A DNA stretch of 33,695 nucleotides from Acidobacteriota bacterium (GTDB taxonomy: Bacteria; Acidobacteriota; Terriglobia; Terriglobales; Acidobacteriaceae), in contig JAJZHR010000001.1 of NCBI GenBank assembly GCA_021810815.1, positions 1-33,695 on the forward strand. The letters run 5' to 3'. Below are positions 26,610-33,340 of the stretch, one piece after another; position 1 is the first letter of the stretch; each line of letters starts with the position of its first letter. Both the position numbers and the translations under genes were made by a program. Below the pieces are notes generated by a model that had not been told where the DNA came from, ran no database searches, and saw only the letters and a list, made by a program, of their open reading frames with translations.

Positions 26610-26673
26610 TTATGTGTTGCAGAAATGACGAGCGTGATACCTTTTCCATTGTCGGGGCTCGCTGGATCGGCGT

Positions 26674-26925
26674 ATGGTGGTGTCCATGAAGAAGACAAGA
26701 TCGCAGAAGCAGCCCAGCGTCACGACGCAGGCAGTAAAGCGGAAGAAAGTAGGCCGCCCAAGGGTCGAGGAGCCAAAGGTGACAATGTCATTGCGCTTCA
26801 GCGGGGAGATGATCGCCGCTCTCGATGCGTGGGCGCAGAAAAACGGTGAAATCGGCCGGTCGAACGCGGTGCGCCAGGCGGTTGCGAAGATGGTTCGCGA
26901 GGATGGCCGCGCGGAAAGTTCTTGA
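26674..26925 (+). CDS. Ribbon-helix-helix (CopG/Arc-like) DNA-binding protein; candidate regulator or recombination directionality factor
   Basis: MSLRFSGEMIAALDAWAQKNGEIGRSNAVRQAVAKM fits an RHH beta-strand plus two helices after a basic N-terminus. It sits between int and attP. An alternative ATG is at 26686. Confidence 0.65.
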   Translation: MVVSMKKTRSQKQPSVTTQAVKRKKVGRPRVEEPKVTMSLRFSGEMIAALDAWAQKNGEIGRSNAVRQAVAKMVREDGRAESS

Positions 26926-26974
26926 CAAGGGCATCCCGCGCATAGATATTTTCACAGTATCAAACGAATTGACT

Positions 26975-27081
26975 TTGAAACACAGTTTCTCAGAGCGCAC
27001 ATGTAGGAGTGGTGGGCGAGGCAGGGCTCGAACCTGCAACCACCGGCTTAGAAGGCCGGTGGTTGAAAACTGGTGTTTCAA
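26975..27081. other. Candidate attP region: tRNA-derived core flanked by an imperfect inverted repeat
   Basis: ttgaaacacagtttc (26975..26989) and gaaaactggtgtttcaa (27065..27081) are near-perfect reverse complements. They bracket the tRNA-Arg 3' fragment, next to the int and RHH genes. Confidence 0.55.
27010..27064 (-). tRNA. 3' portion only of a tRNA-Arg(TCT): anticodon arm, variable loop, T-arm, 3' acceptor strand and CCA. Not a full gene.
   Basis: The minus strand reads ccggc-cttctaa-gccgg tggtt gcagg-ttcgagc-cctgc ctcgccc a cca. No 5' acceptor strand (gggcgag) or D-arm is present upstream. Confidence 0.7.
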
Positions 27082-27112
27082 GGCAATCTTTCTTCTTTTC
27101 AGGAGATTTGCC

Positions 27113-27676
27113 ATGGATCACGTCCCGCCACATCTTCAAGCACCGGCCGATTTGGCCGCCGAGCAGCGCAGATGCTGCGTAGGTATCGACTATCCCGGCA
27201 TCGGCTATGTTCATGCCGTTGGCTGCGGGAGCAACCGAGCGGCGCATTGCAGCGATGCTGCTCTGGCTGCGAACCGGCGCGAGGGGCTGCTGGCGCAGCT
27301 CATCTTTGCCGCGAACAACCTTGCCGAGGCCAACATTCTGCCGGGCTCTGCGCCTATATGCAGGGAGTGCTATCGGGGCGTCAGCGTAGCACGTGCGAGC
27401 CATGCCGAGAGCTGCCTGACGGGCCGGGTGCTCGATCTGATCGAGGTCCTGGTGGCGAATGATTCCATACCAACCGAACGAAAGGAGACTGCAGGAGGCG
27501 AAGAAGGACGCGCGGGAGAAGGGGTTCTTCCGCGCGGTCCGTTGAATTCTCCCGCGTGCTGCAACGGCCTCGAAACGGAGGACGGGTATCTTCACGCGTT
27601 CGAGTGCCAGCCCTTATACGAGATTTGCGAGGGCGACGTCCTCCGTAGGCTCGCCGAGATCGGCGGCGCGCGATGA
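27113..27676 (+). CDS. Hypothetical Cys-containing early protein
   Basis: ATG is 7 nt after AGGAGA. The stop overlaps the next ATG (ATGA). 187 aa, no family recognised. Confidence 0.55.
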   Translation: MDHVPPHLQAPADLAAEQRRCCVGIDYPGIGYVHAVGCGSNRAAHCSDAALAANRREGLLAQLIFAANNLAEANILPGSAPICRECYRGVSVARASHAESCLTGRVLDLIEVLVANDSIPTERKETAGGEEGRAGEGVLPRGPLNSPACCNGLETEDGYLHAFECQPLYEICEGDVLRRLAEIGGAR

Positions 27677-29433
27677 CGGCTGCCCGGAAGAAGCAACAGG
27701 TGGAAGAGATCGCGCTCGCGGAGCTGGCGATATCGCCGGATGAGACGCGCAGGAAGGTCGATGCCGGCGCTCTGGCGGAGCTGGCCGAATCGATCAAGCA
27801 GCAGGGCGTGCAGGAGCCGCTGCTGGTTCGCCGCGTGGAGCAGAGCTATGAAATCGTCGCCGGCCAGCGGCGGTACCTGGCGTGCAAGCTGGCCGGGCTG
27901 AAGAGCTGCCCGTGCCTGGTGCGCGAGATGAGCGACGCGCAGGCGCAGGAGGCGCGGGTGGTGAGCAATCTGCAGCGCGAGGACTTGCCTCCGCTGGAAG
28001 AGGCGATGGCGTTCTCGCATCTGCTGCTGGCGCCAGGGGCAGATATCGATACCGTGGCGGCGAAGCTTGCCAAGGAGCCCGGCTATATCATGCGGCGGCT
28101 GAAGCTGCTGGACGCGATCCAGCCTGTGCGGGATGCGTTGCTGGCGGGAGTGATCGAGATTGGGCATGCGCTGGAGCTTGCTCGTCAGGGCGAAGAGACG
28201 CAGGCATCGTTGCTCGAATGGCTGAATGTCGGCTGGAGACGCGAACGCGAGGAGGACCCCGACGATGACGATGACGATGACGATGACGAGGACGACGAAG
28301 TCGAAGATCCTTTCCGCATGGAGGTAGTTGTCGAGATTGCATCGCCGTTCCGGCATCGCACGCTCACCTCGGTTGCTTCGCTGAGAATGCATATCGGCAC
28401 ACACAAGCTGAGGAGCCTGGGCGACGCTCCGTTCCCGCTCGATGCGCCTCTTCCGCCGATCACGTGCGTCGACTGCCCGAAGCGGTCCGGGAACTCGGCG
28501 CTGCTGTTCGACGATTGCGCGAAGGACACCTGCACGGATCGCATTTGCTTAGACTCCAAGCTCAAGGTTTGGGTGAAGAGCGAGTTGGAAGCGGCCGATC
28601 GCGAAAAGCGGAAGCTGCTGATGCTTTCGAGCGGTGGAAATGCGGCTGCTGTTTCTTCCTGGCGCGTGAGCGTGCTGAAGGGTGACGCCGCATGCGAGTG
28701 CGCAGAAGAGGCCATCTGGATCGACGGCGAGCGGATGGGCCATCGCGTCCTGATCTGCCGCGAGGAGTCATGCGCGAAGCATGGAAGAGGTCGATTCTCC
28801 GGAGGCAGTGCCGTCAAGGCTGATCCCGCGAAAGCGAAGCGCGAGCGCGAGGCGCTGCTGGCCAAGGTGAAGGCGGAGAAGCTGTATCGCGAGATGCTGT
28901 TCACAACTCTGGCGAAGGCTCCAATCTCCCTATATGCGCCATCGCTTGACGCCGAGATATGCGACTACGCGATTGGGCGCGCGAACACGCGGTACCCCGC
29001 GAAGGTGGCTGCCGCGCTTGGATGGAGCGAGGACTTCTTCTCGTGGAAGGGCCATGGCGAGCGCAAGAAGAAGCTGGCGGCGATGATGCCGGGAGCGATG
29101 GCTCGCGCCGCGCTGCTGGTGATCTATTCCGGCGAGCTGGCGGTGCATGAAGACAACATCGGGAAGCCTGAGGACCTGGAGCGGCTGGCCGGGCTGCTGA
29201 AGGTCGATGTGAAGAAGGTTCGCTCCGATGCCGTGCTGGCCGGAACTGATGCGAAGAAGCCTACAGAGAAGCCAGCGGCTTTCGAGGCGAAGGAGCGGGA
29301 CCAGAAGATTGCCGCCCAGACTGCCAAGGATGTAGCTGCGCGAATTCCTTCCAAGGCTTCGAAGAAGTCTGCGAAGAAATCCGTCGATGAGGCCGCCGCA
29401 AAGAAGGCGAGGGCCGCTCGAAGCAGGGCGTGA
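27673..29433 (+). CDS. ParB/Srx N-terminal-domain protein, long form, with an acidic run, Cys clusters and a Lys-rich tail
   Basis: VQEPLLVRR and YEIVAGQRRYLAC (GxRR box) mark the ParB N-domain. Downstream are EEDPDDDDDDDDDEDDEVEDP, then CVDCPKRSG..C..C..C and CECAEE..ICREESCAKHG, then a KKSAKKS-type tail. 586 aa. Confidence 0.75.
   Translation: MTAARKKQQVEEIALAELAISPDETRRKVDAGALAELAESIKQQGVQEPLLVRRVEQSYEIVAGQRRYLACKLAGLKSCPCLVREMSDAQAQEARVVSNLQREDLPPLEEAMAFSHLLLAPGADIDTVAAKLAKEPGYIMRRLKLLDAIQPVRDALLAGVIEIGHALELARQGEETQASLLEWLNVGWRREREEDPDDDDDDDDDEDDEVEDPFRMEVVVEIASPFRHRTLTSVASLRMHIGTHKLRSLGDAPFPLDAPLPPITCVDCPKRSGNSALLFDDCAKDTCTDRICLDSKLKVWVKSELEAADREKRKLLMLSSGGNAAAVSSWRVSVLKGDAACECAEEAIWIDGERMGHRVLICREESCAKHGRGRFSGGSAVKADPAKAKREREALLAKVKAEKLYREMLFTTLAKAPISLYAPSLDAEICDYAIGRANTRYPAKVAAALGWSEDFFSWKGHGERKKKLAAMMPGAMARAALLVIYSGELAVHEDNIGKPEDLERLAGLLKVDVKKVRSDAVLAGTDAKKPTEKPAAFEAKERDQKIAAQTAKDVAARIPSKASKKSAKKSVDEAAAKKARAARSRA
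28261..28284 (+). repeat. (GACGAT)x4 hexanucleotide microsatellite encoding the poly-Asp run
   Basis: Four exact tandem units are followed by gacgaggacgacgaa. Confidence 0.9.
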
Positions 29434-29497
29434 GCAAGCATGCAAAGAAGTCACCGAAGAAGGCAGCGAAGAAGAGTGTGTCGAAAGGGAGGAAGCC

Positions 29498-29750
29498 ATG
29501 AAGAGTTGCGCGTGCGGTTGCGGCGAGGAGTTGTCGGAGGAGTCGAAGTGGAGCTATAAGCGCGGTCACAGGCCTGCCGGGGGGGGGCAAACGCGAAGCC
29601 GCTGCGCCGGATGTCGATGATGGAGCGGAAGAGTCGGCCGCTCTGGTTGTCCTCGAATTGAGCGAGGAGCAGATTGTCCGCATCTGGGAGATGTTGCCGC
29701 TGCCTGAGAAGGCTTTGGCGATCCAGGAGGCGTTGCGGGCAAGCCGTTAG
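29498..29750 (+). pseudogene. Small Cys-motif gene interrupted at a G9 tract; the reading frame changes at 29579..29587
   Basis: Frame A gives MKSCACGCGEELSEESKWSYKRGHRPAGGG and then 10 junk-like codons to TGA at 29620. The +1 frame continues as KREAAAPDVDDGAEESAALVVLELSEEQIVRIWEMLPLPEKALAIQEALRASR to TAG at 29750, with no upstream ATG/GTG of its own. Confidence 0.5.
29579..29587 (+). repeat. Homopolymeric G9 tract
   Basis: Counted directly as ccg ggggggg caa; nine consecutive G. Confidence 0.95.
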
Positions 29751-29776
29751 CTGGATCCGCGAGAGGGAGGTATCGC

Positions 29777-30088
29777 ATGGTTGCGAGCGAAGAGAGATGC
29801 AGGTTTTGCGGCTGCACGCGGGGCGATCCGTGCCGCGTGCCGCCGTACAACGAGGGCGACGAATGCGCGTGGCTGCCGCAGGCGGCTGGGAATGTCTGCT
29901 CGGCTCCGCAGTGCGCTCTGCGGTGGGGCGATGAGGAGAGGGTGCAAGCGAAACGCCGGGCGGACGCTAGGCAGAAGAAGCGCGCTCCGTGGCAGGTGCA
30001 TGCGTTGATTCAGCAGGAGAGGCGCGAGCGGCGGAAGGCGAGCCGCTTGCGGGCCAAAGCGGCGGGAGCCGGAAAGAAGGTCGCATGA
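29777..30088 (+). CDS. Small Cys-rich (putative zinc-binding) protein with a basic C-terminal tail
   Basis: GAGGGAGG lies upstream. CRFCGCTRGDPCRV..C.W..VCSAPQC is followed by an Arg/Lys-rich helix. 103 aa. Confidence 0.6.
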   Translation: MVASEERCRFCGCTRGDPCRVPPYNEGDECAWLPQAAGNVCSAPQCALRWGDEERVQAKRRADARQKKRAPWQVHALIQQERRERRKASRLRAKAAGAGKKVA

Positions 30089-30387
30089 TGACGAGCGTTG
30101 GGATTGTATTGAGGAGATGCGCGTGCGGGCGCGTCAGCGCGGGAGAGCGGTGCAGGCGGTGCGCGGAGGAGGTTGCCGAGCTGGAGTCGATCGCGGCCCT
30201 GGAGTCGGCCGCAGCGCAGAGGGAGTTGGAGAGCCTTCTTCCCTGGCCGACGCGGATGAGGCGGATCGCGGGGCGAGCACTGCGCTGGCTGTGGATCCCG
30301 ATGTTGGCATTCGCCCTCATCGTGCTGCTGTGGCTGGGGGCGTCGCTGATGGCGGCGGTAGTGGAGCTGCAGGCCGCAGCGCGCTGA
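30085..30387 (+). CDS. Small protein with an N-terminal CxC..CxxC motif and a C-terminal TM helix
   Basis: ATGA overlap. RRCACGRVSAGERCRRCAEE is followed later by WLWIPMLAFALIVLLWLGASLMAAVV. 100 aa. Confidence 0.55.
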   Translation: MMTSVGIVLRRCACGRVSAGERCRRCAEEVAELESIAALESAAAQRELESLLPWPTRMRRIAGRALRWLWIPMLAFALIVLLWLGASLMAAVVELQAAAR

Positions 30388-30399
30388 GGCGAGAGGAGC

Positions 30400-30801
30400 A
30401 TGGCCAGTGTGAAGCAAGGGGGAAACGAAATGGATTCCATGAACGACGAAACAATCACAGTGAGCATAGGGAACGTTGCCGACGGTGCCATGGTCGTAGC
30501 GTTCGAGCGCGCCTTGAACGAGGTGCTGAAAAACATCGCCGACCCGAACACGCCGGCCACGCAGTCCCGGAGCATCGTTCTTCGATTGAAGATCAAGCCG
30601 AAGGATGACCGCGTGCAGCTCTCGACTGAGTTCACGTGCGAGTCGAAGCTGGCGTCGATCACGCCGAACCAGTCGCGCATGTTCCTGGGCCGCGACAAAG
30701 AGGGCGCGCTGTATGCGCTGCTCGGCGACCCGCGCCAGCTCAACATCTTCACGCCGCCAAAGCCCGTCTCAGTGCCCGAGCCGATCCAGTTCAAGCGGTA
30801 A
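30400..30801 (+). CDS. Conserved-looking hypothetical early protein
   Basis: 133-aa ORF. The alternative ATG at 30430 has better SD spacing. The pattern ALNEVLKNIADPNTPATQSRSIVLRLKIKP looks like a recurring phage early protein, but I cannot name the family. Confidence 0.55.
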   Translation: MASVKQGGNEMDSMNDETITVSIGNVADGAMVVAFERALNEVLKNIADPNTPATQSRSIVLRLKIKPKDDRVQLSTEFTCESKLASITPNQSRMFLGRDKEGALYALLGDPRQLNIFTPPKPVSVPEPIQFKR

Positions 30802-30864
30802 AGCGCTGTCCAACTTTTGAAGTTCAACCGCCGCCGACACGCGGCAGAAAAGAGCCAGTCTTCC

Positions 30865-31605
30865 ATGATCGAGAAAATGCAGGACTATTTGCTTGGCTTG
30901 CTGAAGCCGAAGCATCCGATTGTCCACGCTGTCGATGGCCACAACTACGCGGTGAGGGCGGATGGAACGCTCGGCGAGCTTGTTCGCAAGCCCGCGCCGA
31001 TCGCGAAGCCTACGCTCGATGTCTCCACGCTGACGGGATTCGTCGATGCTTACCGGGTACGCATCGACGAGTTTCCGGCGGAGCACGCGATCCATGTCGT
31101 GGATCACCGCACGGTCGAGCTGAAGTCGATGCACGGGGACGAGTTCGGGCGGCGCCACGTCTGGCTCAGCGCGACCTGCGCGGAGGTGTCCCTGTTTCCG
31201 TTCGGCGAATTCATCACTCCAGAGAAGTTCATCATGGGCCTGCACGATGGCTTCCTTTGCACGGAGGACATTCTCAAACTGCAGCGCCTGGCGTCCAGCC
31301 TATCCGCGGACAACTCGGTGGCGACCAGCGATGACGGCCTCAGCCAGAAGGTGACCGTCAACCTGGGCGCGGTGTCGAAGCAGTCCATCGACCTGCCAAC
31401 GCGGATTCCGCTCGCCCCTTACAGGACGTTCCGCGAGGTCGATCCGTGCTTCAACGAATTCATGGTGAGGCTACGCGGCGCTAAGGATAGTGTGCCGGCG
31501 ATTGCGCTGATCGAAGTGAGCGGAGGCAAGTGGAAGTCCGACACGGTTCTACAGGTGGCCCAATGGCTGCGGCGCGAACTGAAGGATGTACCCGTCATCG
31601 CCTGA
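30865..31605 (+). CDS. Hypothetical early protein
   Basis: 246 aa from ATG 30865, inside ORF 30817..31605. Coding-like composition with no family recognised. Confidence 0.5.
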   Translation: MIEKMQDYLLGLLKPKHPIVHAVDGHNYAVRADGTLGELVRKPAPIAKPTLDVSTLTGFVDAYRVRIDEFPAEHAIHVVDHRTVELKSMHGDEFGRRHVWLSATCAEVSLFPFGEFITPEKFIMGLHDGFLCTEDILKLQRLASSLSADNSVATSDDGLSQKVTVNLGAVSKQSIDLPTRIPLAPYRTFREVDPCFNEFMVRLRGAKDSVPAIALIEVSGGKWKSDTVLQVAQWLRRELKDVPVIA

Positions 31606-31647
31606 GGCGTCGGGAAGGGGCCGCATCTGTGGGCGGAAACACCCAGG

Positions 31648-31785
31648 ATGCGCCCCGGTATTCCTATGCGCGACACCTACGGCCCGGCCAAATGGGTCGC
31701 GCACGGATACTGGCGAAATTGGCAACTGTGGCCCATCGACACGGCGCGGGAGGATCGGCCGCGGGATGCGCGAGTCGGGACATGA
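31648..31785 (+). CDS. Small hypothetical ORF (Trp-rich, 45 aa)
   Basis: Not in the supplied track because it is under 60 aa. MRPGIPMRDTYGPAKWVAHGYWRNWQLWPIDTARED has high third-position GC. Confidence 0.3.
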   Translation: MRPGIPMRDTYGPAKWVAHGYWRNWQLWPIDTAREDRPRDARVGT

Positions 31786-31966
31786 GGCAACAGCGGCGCG
31801 ACGCGGCAGAAGGTTCGATGGCAAGTGGAACTTTGCGACTGAAGACCTCGCTTGCACGGACGGCCATGTCGATGATGAGCCAGACCTGTACTGGGTGGTC
31901 AAGAAGGCGGCCGGTGCGCTGCTTGATGGCCGGGAGTGGAAGGAGTTCCCGGTCGAGCATCGGTAG
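31766..31966 (+). CDS. Small hypothetical protein (66 aa)
   Basis: This is the distal part of ORF 31586..31966. FDGKWNFATEDLACTDGHVDDEPDLYWVVKKAAGALLDGREWKEFP looks coding with high GC3, whereas the upstream part of the ORF looks out of frame. Confidence 0.4.
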   Translation: MRESGHEATAARRGRRFDGKWNFATEDLACTDGHVDDEPDLYWVVKKAAGALLDGREWKEFPVEHR

Positions 31967-32082
31967 CGATCTAGAGCACCAATTCCAGAATAAGTTGCAG
32001 GACGATGGGGCGCTGGCCGAGCTGGCCGGGCGTGGGCAGAGTTGCGCGGGAACGGTTTGGGGCAGGGAAAGGGATTGCAGCG

Positions 32083-33078
32083 ATGAGCGCCAGAGCGAGT
32101 GCTTACATGAAGGGGATGACCGTGTGCCCGGGCGGCGAGCTGATTTCGCCGCGCGAGAAGCTGGTCGGGATGGTGCTTGCGGACTCGCACCAGGACCGCG
32201 CGGGCAGGTTCACGTATCCGGCGGTGGAGACGATCGCGGAAGAGTCGATGTGCGACAAGCGGAGCTGCCAGCGATACCTGGCGGCGCTGGAGCGCAAGGG
32301 TGTGATCGCGCGGATGCGGCCGGAGAGTCAGGGAAGGTCGCAGCGGGTTTTCTACTTCTTCGTCGAGCTGGACGCTCTGCCGAAAGGGTGGCAGGATGCC
32401 ACCCTTTCCGAGGGTGCGGCTGGCAGGGAAAAGGGTGACACGGTGCCACCCTTTTCGCAGGCGGAAAGGGTGGCAGAAAGGGTGGCAGAAAGGGTGGCAG
32501 AAGGGTGGCAGAAGGGTGACAAAAAACGCGCTGCCCATCTAGGTACGCGCGCGCGGGAACAAGAACTAGAACAAAAGCAAGTACAACCACACCCCCTACC
32601 CCCGCAAGCGGGGGAATGCGCTACGGCGGAGGGACGCGGGTTGAGGCTGGAGCCGAAGCGAGTTGCGAAACCAGAGCCGAAGCGCGAAGCCATGCCAGAG
32701 AAGCTCGAAGCGAAGCTGGAGCCAAGCGCGAGTCAGGAACAGGAGGCGAGCGCGAATGCGAAGACGGCGCTGGAGCGGGCCATCGATGCGGCGGTGCAGC
32801 AGGTGATGCGCGGTTTGTCGCTGGTTTCGTCGGATCGGCGGATGGCGCGCAAGCTGCGCGAGGCCGTGGTGCTGGAGGCGGACAATGGCGAGTCGCCGCC
32901 GACGGTGGCGCTGGCGATGGTGGCGGCGTGGCAGCACCAGGCCGAGGCTTCCCGCTACCTGCGCTGCAAGTACGGTCCGGCGAAGTTCTTCGCGCTGGGC
33001 ATCTGGAAGGACGAGAACCGGTGGCACTGGGACGAGGACCTGCTGCGGAGAGCGGCAGAGGCGAGGCTGGGCACATGA
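32083..33078 (+). CDS. Replication initiator / replisome organiser with an N-terminal winged-helix HTH and internal iterons
   Basis: SPREKLVGMVLADSHQDRAGRFTYPAVETIAEESMCDKRSCQRYLAALERKGVIARMRP matches the HTH_36-like pattern. The iteron array lies inside the gene, as in lambda O. ATG 32083 is inside ORF 32005..33078. Confidence 0.7.
   Translation: MSARASAYMKGMTVCPGGELISPREKLVGMVLADSHQDRAGRFTYPAVETIAEESMCDKRSCQRYLAALERKGVIARMRPESQGRSQRVFYFFVELDALPKGWQDATLSEGAAGREKGDTVPPFSQAERVAERVAERVAEGWQKGDKKRAAHLGTRAREQELEQKQVQPHPLPPQAGECATAEGRGLRLEPKRVAKPEPKREAMPEKLEAKLEPSASQEQEASANAKTALERAIDAAVQQVMRGLSLVSSDRRMARKLREAVVLEADNGESPPTVALAMVAAWQHQAEASRYLRCKYGPAKFFALGIWKDENRWHWDEDLLRRAAEARLGT
32384..32521 (+). 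repeat. Iteron array (candidate origin of replication): nine copies of AAGGGTG(G/A)CA, seven direct and two inverted
   Basis: Direct copies are at 32384, 32431, 32466, 32478, 32490, 32501 and 32512. Inverted copies (TGCCACCCTT) are at 32397 and 32444. The tandem block has 12, 12, 11 and 11-bp spacing, and an A6 / AT-richer segment follows. Confidence 0.75.
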
Positions 33079-33136
33079 GGCCGCGCAGTGGGCGGCCGTG
33101 GATGGAGTCGCAAATGCTTTTCAACGAGGAGGCGCA

Positions 33137-33340
33137 ATGGATGAGTCGAAGGCCAACGGGATTGTGAAGATGCTGCGCGGAGCCGAGCGAAACTGCGAAA
33201 AAGCTGGGCGCGGCAATCCGGAGACGGCAGTGATCGCGAGGATGCTGGTGCAGGAGGCCATCCTGGAATTGGGCGGAGAGATCGCGACTCCACGGCTTCT
33301 GGAGCGCATCGAGGCTGTTTTGCGAGGAGGCGCGCAATGA
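33137..33340 (+). CDS. Small hypothetical protein
   Basis: ATG is 5 nt after GAGGAGG, and the stop overlaps the next ATG (ATGA). 67 aa and helical-looking. Confidence 0.55.
   Translation: MDESKANGIVKMLRGAERNCEKAGRGNPETAVIARMLVQEAILELGGEIATPRLLERIEAVLRGGAQ

Noticed and set aside
27010-27086. A complete tRNA gene
   Set aside because: Only the anticodon arm, variable loop, T-arm and 3' acceptor strand are present. The sequence where the D-arm and 5' acceptor should be (ttgccttgaaacaccagttttcaacca on the minus strand) cannot pair with ctcgccc.
26990-27595. 201-aa minus-strand ORF across the att / early region
   Set aside because: It would run through the tRNA-derived fragment. The + strand gene 27113..27676 has a good AGGAGA SD and an ATGA coupling to the next gene, so the + strand reading is preferred.
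32384-32521. CRISPR array
   Set aside because: The repeats are only 10-12 bp, directly abutting with no spacers, and lie inside a coding gene. They fit iterons, not CRISPR.
31530-32538. Long ORFs 31530..32438 (+) and 31549..32538 (-)
   Set aside because: Their Arg/Gly/Ser-rich translations look like junk, and they overlap the convincing HTH initiator frame (32083..33078).
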